From IMG/VR virus record IMGVR_UViG_3300025009_000052: a stretch of 64,000 bases of DNA. One strand, 5' to 3'. Shown piece by piece: positions 10,473 through 19,105 of the stretch. The position numbers were made by a program, and so were the translations under genes. The DNA is from a virus. Numbering within the stretch: position 1 is the stretch's first letter; each line of letters begins with the position of its first letter. Below the pieces are notes generated by a model that saw only the letters and a list, made by a program, of their open reading frames with translations, was not told the DNA's origin and made no database searches.

Positions 10473-10586
10473 ATGAAAAAAGTTTCTTTAAACAATTGGC
10501 TACCAACAATACTAACTATATTACAAATAGTCCAAATAATATGGCAGTTGTGGATTGGCATATTACCACATTTTACAATAAAATAG
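10473..10586 (+). CDS. Putative 37-aa hydrophobic peptide
   Basis: Hand translation MKKVSLNNWLPTILTILQIVQIIWQLWIGILPHFTIK; fills an intergenic gap. Confidence 0.35.
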   Translation: MKKVSLNNWLPTILTILQIVQIIWQLWIGILPHFTIK

Positions 10587-12156
10587 ACCATCTTTTTTTA
10601 CCACAATCCCAAATTCTGTATAATTCTAAGGACATGGCTAATTCTTTTTCAGTATTAGCCATAGTTCCTACAGCGCCTTTCTTTAAAAGTAAATCTTTTT
10701 TATTGCTTTGTTTGCTTTGTCTAGTCATATCTGGAGCGACGTAACTGTAATCTGGAAGCAAGTGTTCAACAAGCTTAAAACCGCATTTTTCATAAACAGT
10801 CCCTTCTGAGTATCTATTATCTGACCAGGAGATCAATTCTTTATAGCCCATATCTTTAGCATATTCCGTTAGTTTTTTAACTAATCTAGAAGCCCCTCCT
10901 AATATTTGAACGCCGTCTTTAAAAACTAAACGATTTAAAACAAACGGAGTTCCTTCACCCTTCTGTCTATGGTGAATGTTTCCAGTAACTAATCCTAACA
11001 ATTCGTCTTCAAAATAAAGGCCAAAAGCAATTTTAAAAGTGGTTTTACCTTGTATATGATGGTCGTCTAGGAATTTAGCAGCAATTGATCTTTCAACTTC
11101 TTTTAATTCGCATTTTCTAGCGTAGATTTTTCTATCATAAATCCCTAAAACAGACTTGAGATAGTTTTTAACTTGGGAGTTTCTATCTAACCACTCGTCT
11201 TCAAATATAGTTATAAGGCGAATTCCTTGTTCGTTAGCTTGTTTCATTTTGTCGTAGTGATAGTTGTGGTTTTCAGCATGTTTGGGTATTCGTTCCGAAT
11301 GCCAGTGTAATCCATTATACTCAATGGCCAAATTTAAAGATGGGATGTAAATATCAAGTTCTTTACCTTTAGTTTTCCCCTTAAATCTTAATTTTTCAGC
11401 ATGGAACCCAAATGAAGTTATCCAATTGTGGACTATCCCTTCGGTTTTAGAGGTTCCGTTACAAGAACAATGACCACAATCTTGTGAGTAAAAATTAGTT
11501 AATCTATTTTCTCTTATAAAACCACATTTATCATGTATAGCTTTTAATGGAAACCTTTTTATAGAATAAGACTCTTCTATTAGCGTATATCCTAGGGCTT
11601 TTAACTGATCACGAACTTGATCGATAGTTAGGGTTTTTCCGCATTTGTTTCTAGGATCTCCTTGGAATATTTTAGCAAACGCTTTTTCGTAAATAAATCC
11701 GTCAGGTGCCAATATTGTGACGAATGTATTCTGGGAACTTATTATTTTATGAGATTGGTCTGGTAGTCTTTGTTGTAATATATCTATAGGAAGGGAACAA
11801 TCTTCCTTGTGGGCGTCAAACTTACCTCTTATAACCGCCCTATATTGTGGATGTTGATTTAATATCTTTTTAGCGGTTTCTGGGTGTATTTCTAATTGCC
11901 TAATGGTTTGATTTAATTTTATTTTTTGATTATCTTTTAGGGCTTGTTCTAACACTAATAGAAATTTATTTTGTTTGTCGTAATGCTTTTTGCCTAACCT
12001 ACTGACCATATTTATATTGTATTTTTTTATCCAATAGTTAATGTTTTGTCGGTCAATTTTTAACTCAGCCCCTATTTCATTTTGATTATAGCCCTCGGAT
12101 GCCATTTGTGTAATTTTTTCTAAAATTTCTGGTGTTAGTTGTGATTGATAAGACAT
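10573..12156 (-). CDS. Hef-like free-standing homing endonuclease (HTH + PD-(D/E)XK/Vsr-like + C-terminal domain)
   Basis: ELDIYIPSLNLAIEYNGLHWHSE, LITIFEDEW, IYARKC, SWSDNRYSEG, IWDCGK; start at MSYQ with RBS and own TGTGGTATAAT promoter. Confidence 0.8.
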   Translation of the reverse strand: MSYQSQLTPEILEKITQMASEGYNQNEIGAELKIDRQNINYWIKKYNINMVSRLGKKHYDKQNKFLLVLEQALKDNQKIKLNQTIRQLEIHPETAKKILNQHPQYRAVIRGKFDAHKEDCSLPIDILQQRLPDQSHKIISSQNTFVTILAPDGFIYEKAFAKIFQGDPRNKCGKTLTIDQVRDQLKALGYTLIEESYSIKRFPLKAIHDKCGFIRENRLTNFYSQDCGHCSCNGTSKTEGIVHNWITSFGFHAEKLRFKGKTKGKELDIYIPSLNLAIEYNGLHWHSERIPKHAENHNYHYDKMKQANEQGIRLITIFEDEWLDRNSQVKNYLKSVLGIYDRKIYARKCELKEVERSIAAKFLDDHHIQGKTTFKIAFGLYFEDELLGLVTGNIHHRQKGEGTPFVLNRLVFKDGVQILGGASRLVKKLTEYAKDMGYKELISWSDNRYSEGTVYEKCGFKLVEHLLPDYSYVAPDMTRQSKQSNKKDLLLKKGAVGTMANTEKELAMSLELYRIWDCGKKRWSILL

Positions 12157-12295
12157 AAAACCTCTTTTGTTATATAATCTATTATACCACAAACTAATAT
12201 AAAATGATCTATATTTTATAAAAATAATTTAAAATAAAAACGAACCTTCGCGTCTATTTGTTAATTTAAAGGTCGTAATTGGCTAATTGTTAGAA

Positions 12296-12320
12296 ATAAA
12301 AAAGGGGAGCTAAGCCCCCC
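12296..12320 (-). terminator. Rho-independent terminator after the major capsid gene
   Basis: Minus strand GGGGGGC-TTA-GCTCCCC followed by a T run. Confidence 0.8.
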
Positions 12321-12346
12321 TAAATACTTGAAATTAATAGAATCTA

Positions 12347-13735
12347 TTAACTTAATTGACCAGAAATGTTTTCAAAAAGGACGTTTTTCCTTGGCTGATA
12401 GCCCGCGAGGCATTTGAAAGAAAAGTGCGCCTCGGGCAAGCTTAAATCGTGGAGAGCAAGTTTTAATCGTGAATATGGAGCTAATTGGTGAAAACCAAAA
12501 GTATTGGTTTGGAGCAAGAAACCAGTTACAGAACCTGGCTCTTTAAAGCCCAAATCTACGAAACTAGTTGCGCCTGATCCACTAGCTTTTACTCTACCGA
12601 TAAATTTAGCAGCAGCGGCAGTTCCACCATCAGCAGATCGGTATACGTTAAAATATTTACAACCGGTTACGGCAGCGATAGCTAAAGTAACTTTTTGGCC
12701 AGCAGTAGGAGATACTTGAGCAGAAGATGTAGAAACACTCTCGCCTCTTTCGTTACAAGCGGTAGCTTTATAGTAATAATCTCCAGCAGCCAAAATAGAA
12801 GCTGCATCGTTAGCTGCGGTAGGAGTTACTGTAGCAGGGGCAGCAGGTGAGCCGGCTCTACTTCTAGCAGGAGCGGTTTTACCAGAAAGAAATCTTGAAG
12901 GTTCTAAACTAATTGTACCGTTGGATGTCCATTGGGTTCTTAGGTTAGCGCCCATAGCTTCCTGAGCAGAACCAGCAAGCATGATTCTTTCTTTTGCGTG
13001 AGCAATTTTATTATAAGCAGAAAGAGAAATCGGGTCTAGCATCAATTTATCAGCAGAACCATGATTCATAGCACTTTTAACAGCTCCGTCCTCGATAAAC
13101 GATTCGGTCAAAGTACCGTTAACTGCGATAACTACTGTTTGGTTTGATCCGTATTCTGCAAACATAAGGTCTTGAGTGTTAGAAAGAGAATCTGAAAGTC
13201 TAACTTGCATATCGACGCCTTGCATTCCAGGTACGTCAGCGATTACAGCAGGGTTTCCATCGAAAACACCTGAGTTAGAAAAATCAGCTTGTCCTCTAAA
13301 ACCGTCAAATTCGATATCAGCAGATAGTTTTATAGCAGCGTCGTTTCCGGCTCTGGTTTCAGCTTTTTGGCCATCAAATGCGGCAACTAAATTAGCAGCA
13401 ACACTTACTCTACGAACTGTAGAATAATAAGCCATAGGTATGGTGATTCTTGAATAATTAGAAGTATCCTCTTCGCCAATTCCACCCTCATACTGAGCAG
13501 ATCCGCCGAAAATTCCGTAATCTAATTGACGGTTAAATTGTACCAAAGTACCTTTTGCGTCTTTAACTGAGAACATTTTTTGCAATTTAATTTGTTTGTC
13601 GTCAAAACAAACATTTTCCATAACTGGGGATAGATCTTCAATCTGAAGAGCCGATCCTTGTTGTAAAGAACTTGGTGCTGCGTTGTAACTACCAGCTTCC
13701 AAGGCTTTCATAAGGTCATTCAATTGGTTTACCAT
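12347..13735 (-). CDS. Major capsid protein (SPO1/Twort-like)
   Basis: LMKALEAG...GSALQIEDLS N-terminus, 462 aa, C-terminal Ig-like insertion, follows the scaffold. Confidence 0.9.
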   Translation of the reverse strand: MVNQLNDLMKALEAGSYNAAPSSLQQGSALQIEDLSPVMENVCFDDKQIKLQKMFSVKDAKGTLVQFNRQLDYGIFGGSAQYEGGIGEEDTSNYSRITIPMAYYSTVRRVSVAANLVAAFDGQKAETRAGNDAAIKLSADIEFDGFRGQADFSNSGVFDGNPAVIADVPGMQGVDMQVRLSDSLSNTQDLMFAEYGSNQTVVIAVNGTLTESFIEDGAVKSAMNHGSADKLMLDPISLSAYNKIAHAKERIMLAGSAQEAMGANLRTQWTSNGTISLEPSRFLSGKTAPARSRAGSPAAPATVTPTAANDAASILAAGDYYYKATACNERGESVSTSSAQVSPTAGQKVTLAIAAVTGCKYFNVYRSADGGTAAAAKFIGRVKASGSGATSFVDLGFKEPGSVTGFLLQTNTFGFHQLAPYSRLKLALHDLSLPEAHFSFKCLAGYQPRKNVLFENISGQLS

Positions 13736-13744
13736 GTAATCCTC

Positions 13745-14407
13745 CTATAAAAGATGTTTTATTAATTCAATTGATTGAGTGTTATTATAATAAGTATCAA
13801 TAGCTTCTCTGTCTTTCTTCTCTAACTTTTCAGATCTGATTTTTTCACAAAGAATGTTTGAAATTTCTTTCTGACTTAATTGACTTGCATCTTTTTTAGT
13901 AGGAGCTACGGTAGCTTCAGCTTCGGTCTTTTTGATGTATTCAATTTTAGTAATTGCTTTTCTTTGTGGAGCTTCTTTCTTAATAAATTTTGTAAAAGCT
14001 TCGGTCAGTTTTTCCAAATTTTTCTTAAGCTCAGTGTTTTCTTCTTTAAGAGACTCTATCTCAGCTTTGGCTAATTTGTCTTCTTTCTTTTCAATTTTAA
14101 CTTCCTTTACTTCTTCAGTTTTATTGATAGTGTCAGATCCAAATATAGTCTTTTTAATAGCTTGATAGTGTGCGTCTTGCTCAGCTTTGCTCATTGATTG
14201 GTAGAGTTTGTCCATTTCGGCAAAATCCTCTTCGTCATAATCAAATTCACTTTCTTGTTTAGCTACTTCTTCTGTTTTTTGAACTTTAACTTCTTCAGTT
14301 TTAGGTTCTTCTATTTTAGCCTCTTGTTCGGCTTTAGCTAAAGATTCAGCAAATTGAGTTTCTACCTCACTAATGAGAGCTGCCATTTCTTGTTCTGAAT
14401 ATTTCAC
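13745..14407 (-). CDS. Probable head scaffolding protein
   Basis: E/K-rich coiled coil directly upstream of the capsid gene; many LxKA/xxKT motifs. Confidence 0.7.
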   Translation of the reverse strand: MKYSEQEMAALISEVETQFAESLAKAEQEAKIEEPKTEEVKVQKTEEVAKQESEFDYDEEDFAEMDKLYQSMSKAEQDAHYQAIKKTIFGSDTINKTEEVKEVKIEKKEDKLAKAEIESLKEENTELKKNLEKLTEAFTKFIKKEAPQRKAITKIEYIKKTEAEATVAPTKKDASQLSQKEISNILCEKIRSEKLEKKDREAIDTYYNNTQSIELIKHLL

Positions 14408-14440
14408 GGGCGACTCCTTTGTTAAAAGTTAATGGGTAGA

Positions 14441-14827
14441 TTACATTCCTTTAGTTGGCCACTGAATATCGGCTTCAACTTCAGTAGCGGCGGCAACTTT
14501 GGCATCTGCTAATGTAGCATCTGTAGAAACATACATTTTAATACCAAGTTTTACGACTTCGGCATAAATTTTTGCCAAAACACCAGCATCAATTCCATTA
14601 TCATAAGCAAGAACTAACTTATGGGGTGCGAAAGCAATGAGGTCTTGGCCGAAGATATCTTTGCTCACATTATTGACAGCTTCGATTTGAATGTAGGCTT
14701 GATCTGTGTTAATTGTTAATTCTGGCCATGCATTAGCATCTTTTGATTCAACGATTGTCATGCCTCGAATTACCAACTTGTCTTTAAGATCTCTTGCCCA
14801 AGCATAAGCTTTAGCGGTACTTTTCAT
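14441..14827 (-). CDS. Probable head protein (decoration/minor capsid)
   Basis: First gene of the capsid operon; AGGAG RBS before MKSTAK. Confidence 0.5.
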   Translation of the reverse strand: MKSTAKAYAWARDLKDKLVIRGMTIVESKDANAWPELTINTDQAYIQIEAVNNVSKDIFGQDLIAFAPHKLVLAYDNGIDAGVLAKIYAEVVKLGIKMYVSTDATLADAKVAAATEVEADIQWPTKGM

Positions 14828-15066
14828 ACTTGACTCCTTTATAAAAAGTTGATTAATATACAAGAAATTGTATATTTGTTTACAATATATTACTGATTAC
14901 CATTTTTGTTAATAATTAAACAATTTCAAGTAGTTATAAGTAATAAATGAAATGAGACTAGTTGTGATTTCAATAAATTGCGACGTGAAAATAGGTAATG
15001 ACAATCTTTAATCTATGAAATGTCAAGAAATAGATGGGAAAATATATAAAATCACTAATATGATTA

Positions 15067-15249
15067 ATGGAAAGATCTAATGGGGGAAGTTCTGTGTTTG
15101 CTAAAAACATCGAAACCGGTAAAACAATAGAGTTTGAATCGGTCGCATATTGTTCTAGGGTTTTAAACATCAGGACTTCAGATATATATGGTTGTATTTC
15201 TGGTAGACAAAAGACGGCTAAAAAATATTCTTTTATAAAAAATATATAA
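15067..15249 (+). CDS. Stand-alone NUMOD1-like DNA-binding domain (homing endonuclease remnant)
   Basis: NIETGKTIEFESVAYCSRVLNI...IYGCISGRQKTAKKYSF. Confidence 0.6.
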   Translation: MERSNGGSSVFAKNIETGKTIEFESVAYCSRVLNIRTSDIYGCISGRQKTAKKYSFIKNI

Positions 15250-15262
15250 TAAGAGGAAAACA

Positions 15263-16417
15263 ATGGATACTTTATTAGGTACTTATTTGCATGGCATTGG
15301 GTCTACTACCGATTTGGATTCAAGTGGTGAAAGAGTTAAAATAGAAGGAATTGATATATCTTCAGCTACACAGGATGGAACGATAAACTTTGAGCATAAG
15401 TCCGAAGAGCCATCGCAGATTGTTGGGAAGATCCTTGAGGTTAAAAAAATATTGAAAAAAGACGATTGTGAAAATGAACACCATGAGTATTTTTGGAAAA
15501 AAGCCGGTGAAAGGCCCTATCTATATGTTGCAGGAGTATTGTTCGACAAGTTCAATCACCCCGGAGCTATCAGTATAGCAGCTATGTTAAAGTTCGATCA
15601 GTTAACTGATAAGAAAAATACCAAACATGTTGTTAATTTTAGTATTGAAGGTTCTAGACTAGATAAGAAAGGTATTTGGATAGAAAAATGTATAATGAGA
15701 AAAATAACTGTAACCACCGCTGCATGTAATAAAATGTGTATAGCGGAATTACTAGAGAAACCGTCAAAAACCAAACTTATATCGAAAGAGTCATTATTTG
15801 ACATTTTTAAGAAATGTGAGGAAGTGGAAAGTAATTTAAACAAATCCGACACTCAACCCAAATTTAAAAGTAAACTATCGTTTAAACTAAAGCCAACAAT
15901 TTCACCTAAAGAAAATTTTAAGCCACTAACCCCTATGTCTACCCCGGCAAAAGAGGGCAAACCTATAATACCTAAAAGAACAATATCCTCTCAATCAAAT
16001 AAAGAATGGAAGTTAGGAGACAGGATAGTTCCGTCAAAAACCACTAAACCAAAAACTGGTAAGGATATTTATAGTAATCCTAATACTTGGAAATCTGAAG
16101 GAAAAAAGAAAAAATTCTATATGTCTAATATTCAAAAGGCCTTAATAGCTAGCTGTAGTGACTCTGCCCCATCTAACTTAACAGGTATGTCGGCTCTAAC
16201 TAAAGAATGTTTCGGTAAAAAACAACTTGATAAAATTTTTAAAACACTGTCAGACAGTGCTTTTGAAAGGTTGGACAAAAAAGAAGATTTAGTTAAGTTT
16301 ATTTCGGAAAAGTTACCAAAACTTAATGAAAACGAGGTTTTAGCTATCGCTAAGGCTGTAGCCTATATTAAGGAAAAAAAGAACGAATTGAAATTATCCG
16401 AAATGATTAAGGAATAA
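15263..16417 (+). CDS. Prohead (maturation) protease with C-terminal extension
   Basis: GIGSTTDLDSSGE, INFEH, IVGKI, FSIEG (His/Ser of caudoviral prohead proteases). Confidence 0.82.
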   Translation: MDTLLGTYLHGIGSTTDLDSSGERVKIEGIDISSATQDGTINFEHKSEEPSQIVGKILEVKKILKKDDCENEHHEYFWKKAGERPYLYVAGVLFDKFNHPGAISIAAMLKFDQLTDKKNTKHVVNFSIEGSRLDKKGIWIEKCIMRKITVTTAACNKMCIAELLEKPSKTKLISKESLFDIFKKCEEVESNLNKSDTQPKFKSKLSFKLKPTISPKENFKPLTPMSTPAKEGKPIIPKRTISSQSNKEWKLGDRIVPSKTTKPKTGKDIYSNPNTWKSEGKKKKFYMSNIQKALIASCSDSAPSNLTGMSALTKECFGKKQLDKIFKTLSDSAFERLDKKEDLVKFISEKLPKLNENEVLAIAKAVAYIKEKKNELKLSEMIKE

Positions 16418-16419
16418 TT

Positions 16420-16821
16420 ATGGCTAAGGAAGGAAGGGATTCTAATCGAGTTGCTGCTATTTTAATTAGAGACTGTCTGGACAATATATTAATGGGCCAA
16501 AGGAACGATGGTAGTGGTTGGGCTAATCCTGGCGGTCATTTGAAAGTTGGCGAACAGTATTTTGAAGGAGCGCTAAGGGAACTTAAAGAAGAAACTGGGC
16601 TAGACGCTGTTGAGTTAAAACTAATTAAAATGCATAAATACGGGAAAATATTGGTTTATTTGTTTGAAGCTAAAGTTGGTATAGAACAAGATATAGACAC
16701 ATCTGGTGACCCGGATAAAGAATTTTCCACCCTAAAATACTGTGACCCTAACGATATTAAAGAAGATCTACACGTTCCTTTAGAAAGGAATGCTGTTATG
16801 CAATATTGGATGGAGAGTTAA
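16420..16821 (+). CDS. Nudix hydrolase
   Basis: Nudix box GGHLKVGEQYFEGALRELKEETGL. Confidence 0.93.
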   Translation: MAKEGRDSNRVAAILIRDCLDNILMGQRNDGSGWANPGGHLKVGEQYFEGALRELKEETGLDAVELKLIKMHKYGKILVYLFEAKVGIEQDIDTSGDPDKEFSTLKYCDPNDIKEDLHVPLERNAVMQYWMES

Positions 16822-16994
16822 TTACAACAAAGTTCAATACCCTTCTCATCGTCATTAAGTAATCTTAGAAACGCCTCTTCATATTCTTCTTTTACACAAT
16901 AACTAATATCTATATAGTGTATTTCCTTGTCCAAAACATTGTCGGGCAGATCATTCAGTATTTTTACAAGATCCCTTAATGTTGCAAATTTCAT
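16818..16994 (-). CDS. Hypothetical protein
   Basis: Start MKFATL; last gene of the early cluster. Confidence 0.5.
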   Translation of the reverse strand: MKFATLRDLVKILNDLPDNVLDKEIHYIDISYCVKEEYEEAFLRLLNDDEKGIELCCN

Positions 16995-16995
16995 A

Positions 16996-17277
16996 TTAAT
17001 AGTCTCCCCAATTATAAGAATCAATACCTTTTAACTTACCACTTTCGGTAAATCTAAATACAGTAGTTGCATCGTCACAGTTGTTATTTTCGACTATAGT
17101 TAATATGATTTCAGTTACTGTGTTGGCTGGATATACAGTATCTTGCGTCCAATATCCATTGGTAGATATATAGGGCGCCGAGCATATTGCAGAATGCTCA
17201 ACGGTTTTGTTTTCGATTATGAATTGAATATTTCTTTGATTGAATAGATTTTTTAATATTTCTAAGTCAGTTTTCAT
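16996..17277 (-). CDS. Hypothetical protein, paralog of 17876..18157
   Basis: Shared GYW...TTVF.FTE.G.L..I.SYN.GDY. Confidence 0.7.
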   Translation of the reverse strand: MKTDLEILKNLFNQRNIQFIIENKTVEHSAICSAPYISTNGYWTQDTVYPANTVTEIILTIVENNNCDDATTVFRFTESGKLKGIDSYNWGDY

Positions 17278-17516
17278 GGTGACTCCTTATTTTTTTCTAA
17301 CTTATCTATATCTAGGTATCCTCCATCTTCTGGATTATCCCAGTAAGCCATTTTAAAAGACATTAGATAAAATCCCATTTTTTCTTCTACCTCAATACAT
17401 TCTGATATTAGATCAGTTAACATTTCTTCTAACCCACCGTGTTCCTCGTCATCTGGAAATTTTTCACACAATACCCATCTTCCGTCTATTCCGACGAAAA
17501 CCTTTAGTTTCTTCAT
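17274..17516 (-). CDS. Hypothetical acidic protein
   Basis: Start MKKLKV with ATGA overlap. Confidence 0.6.
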   Translation of the reverse strand: MKKLKVFVGIDGRWVLCEKFPDDEEHGGLEEMLTDLISECIEVEEKMGFYLMSFKMAYWDNPEDGGYLDIDKLEKNKESP

Positions 17517-17671
17517 CTTATTCGCTCTCCTTTGATTCCCATGCACTTACCAAATAACCATGGTGCGAACCCCTTAGGTGTTATTAAATGTACGGGTAAT
17601 TTAAGGTATTCCCCTAATAGTTCCGTAGTGTTCCAAATAAAACAATATATATTATTTATAGGGAGATACAT
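17513..17671 (-). CDS. 52-aa hypothetical protein, paralog of 62707..62868
   Basis: Hand translation MYLPINNIYCFIWNTTELLG...PWLFGKCMG; not in the ORF track. Confidence 0.7.
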   Translation of the reverse strand: MYLPINNIYCFIWNTTELLGEYLKLPVHLITPKGFAPWLFGKCMGIKGERIR

Positions 17672-17874
17672 TATAACTCCTTGGTGTAAATATTATAAAA
17701 ACCATTGGTGATTTCGGTAACTTGTATTTTTCTAAATTTTCCCCTTATTATGCAGATATCGGAATAACGCTCAAAAATTATCATCAGCTCACACCTTGTT
17801 ACAGTGGTATTAAACGAAGGGATAGAGCATAGGTTTCTATATATTCTGTCTGCTGGAGTTTCACATTCTTTCAT
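17671..17874 (-). CDS. Hypothetical protein, paralog of 62868..63086
   Basis: RIYRNLCS...SDICI..GK.RKI...IYTKEL shared. Confidence 0.7.
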   Translation of the reverse strand: MKECETPADRIYRNLCSIPSFNTTVTRCELMIIFERYSDICIIRGKFRKIQVTEITNGFYNIYTKEL

Positions 17875-17875
17875 T

Positions 17876-18157
17876 TTAGTAATCTCCGTAATTATACGAG
17901 CTAATATTTATTAAACCACCGTCTTCGGTGAAATTAAATACCGTAGTACACCCACAATCTAAAGTATCTAGGGTGGCAATGGTCAGCACTATCTGTCGGT
18001 AATTCCTTTCTGGCTCTATTTCCTCTGATTTCCAATAACCGTCTTTTACGTAGTGTTTATGTACAGGCGGAATCGTTACCGTTTGGTTGCCCAATGTAAA
18101 GGCAATTCCTCTTTTGTTAAGCATCTCCCTTAATACCATTAAGTCGTCGGTTCCCAT
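17876..18157 (-). CDS. Hypothetical protein, paralog of 16996..17277
   Basis: See paralog; AGGAG RBS. Confidence 0.7.
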   Translation of the reverse strand: MGTDDLMVLREMLNKRGIAFTLGNQTVTIPPVHKHYVKDGYWKSEEIEPERNYRQIVLTIATLDTLDCGCTTVFNFTEDGGLINISSYNYGDY

Positions 18158-18166
18158 AGTAACTCC

Positions 18167-18460
18167 TTATAAATCAAAGCCTTGTTTTTCCGCTTCAGTT
18201 TTACTGAGCGAGCCTTTTGACTCAGATTCTTTCTTTGTACGGTCGTAGTCTATCTTTTTATACTCTACAAAAGTTCCAGTAGGTTGTGATATTTTATATA
18301 CCAACTTAGTAGCAGGATCTTGAAAATACGTTCCAATGCCAATTTGTTCCATTAGTTGATTCAATTCTGGATTGATCTTTTTCATCTCTTCCTTCAATTG
18401 CTCATATCTTTGGCTAAGTTCTAAAAATTTCTTTTGGGTTTCGGTCAATAAGTTACTCAT
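18167..18460 (-). CDS. Hypothetical coiled-coil protein
   Basis: Start MSNLL after promoter and AGGAG. Confidence 0.7.
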   Translation of the reverse strand: MSNLLTETQKKFLELSQRYEQLKEEMKKINPELNQLMEQIGIGTYFQDPATKLVYKISQPTGTFVEYKKIDYDRTKKESESKGSLSKTEAEKQGFDL

Positions 18461-18486
18461 TTTTAACTCCTTTATTGTGTTAATTA

Positions 18487-18515
18487 AATATACCACAAGG
18501 CGCAGTTCAAGTCAA
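18487..18515 (-). promoter_or_regulatory. Sigma70-type early promoter
   Basis: TTGACT-N17-TATATT with extended TG. Confidence 0.8.
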
Positions 18516-18517
18516 TA

Positions 18518-18706
18518 TTATTGTTCCAAAGAACTATCTTTGTAAATATCTAAAATCATTGAATCTATCACTTTTATTGTCCAAGTAACTACCTTATGGA
18601 CTACAGATAGTTTTTTGTAATAATCACTACAATGTATCTTGTCGCCACAAAGTTCTATTTCCATCAACTGTTTTTGCTTGACTAAAGAATGTTTTACAGA
18701 TTCCAT
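18518..18706 (-). CDS. Hypothetical protein
   Basis: Start MESVKH with GAGG RBS. Confidence 0.5.
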   Translation of the reverse strand: MESVKHSLVKQKQLMEIELCGDKIHCSDYYKKLSVVHKVVTWTIKVIDSMILDIYKDSSLEQ

Positions 18707-18711
18707 ATTGA

Positions 18712-18840
18712 TTACCTCGCACCTGCAAACCACTTAATTCCTTCTAGCGCATTTTGATAGTCTAGCTTAAGGAATTGAATTATGGCGACCACAAAGATAG
18801 TTAAGAAAAATAGAAAAAATAGTTTATCAAATTTATTCAT
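18712..18840 (-). CDS. 42-aa single-TM peptide
   Basis: Hand translation MNKFDKLFFLFFLTIFVVAIIQFLKLDY...; AGGAG RBS. Confidence 0.55.
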   Translation of the reverse strand: MNKFDKLFFLFFLTIFVVAIIQFLKLDYQNALEGIKWFAGAR

Positions 18841-18849
18841 ATAAGTCTC

Positions 18850-19104
18850 CTAAGTTGTCTGTTTACCGCAATTATAAGCAATCCTAGCCAATTCTACTAG
18901 GTTAAAATATTCTTTAAAAACACTATACATATCGTATCTATTTCTACTTTGACTATTATAATTAGCCATTATAAATACCTTATCGGTCATCTCTCTTGGC
19001 CAAGTTTCTATATCAAAATAATCCTCAACAACAAACCTGAATAGAGATGGGCTATTGTCGAATTCTCCATCTTTACAATTTTGTATTATTCTTTTAGTAT
19101 CCAC
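18850..19104 (-). CDS. Hypothetical protein
   Basis: In operon. Confidence 0.55.
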   Translation of the reverse strand: MDTKRIIQNCKDGEFDNSPSLFRFVVEDYFDIETWPREMTDKVFIMANYNSQSRNRYDMYSVFKEYFNLVELARIAYNCGKQTT

Positions 19105-19105
19105 A

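Noticed and set aside
12500-12850. Ig/FN3-like insertion in the major capsid protein as a novelty
   Set aside because: A comparable insertion is normal in SPO1/Twort-like capsid proteins
12321-14936. Invertible capsid segment bounded by inverted 14-bp sites
   Set aside because: The sites are imperfect, recur elsewhere and look like IHF boxes; no recombinase in the window
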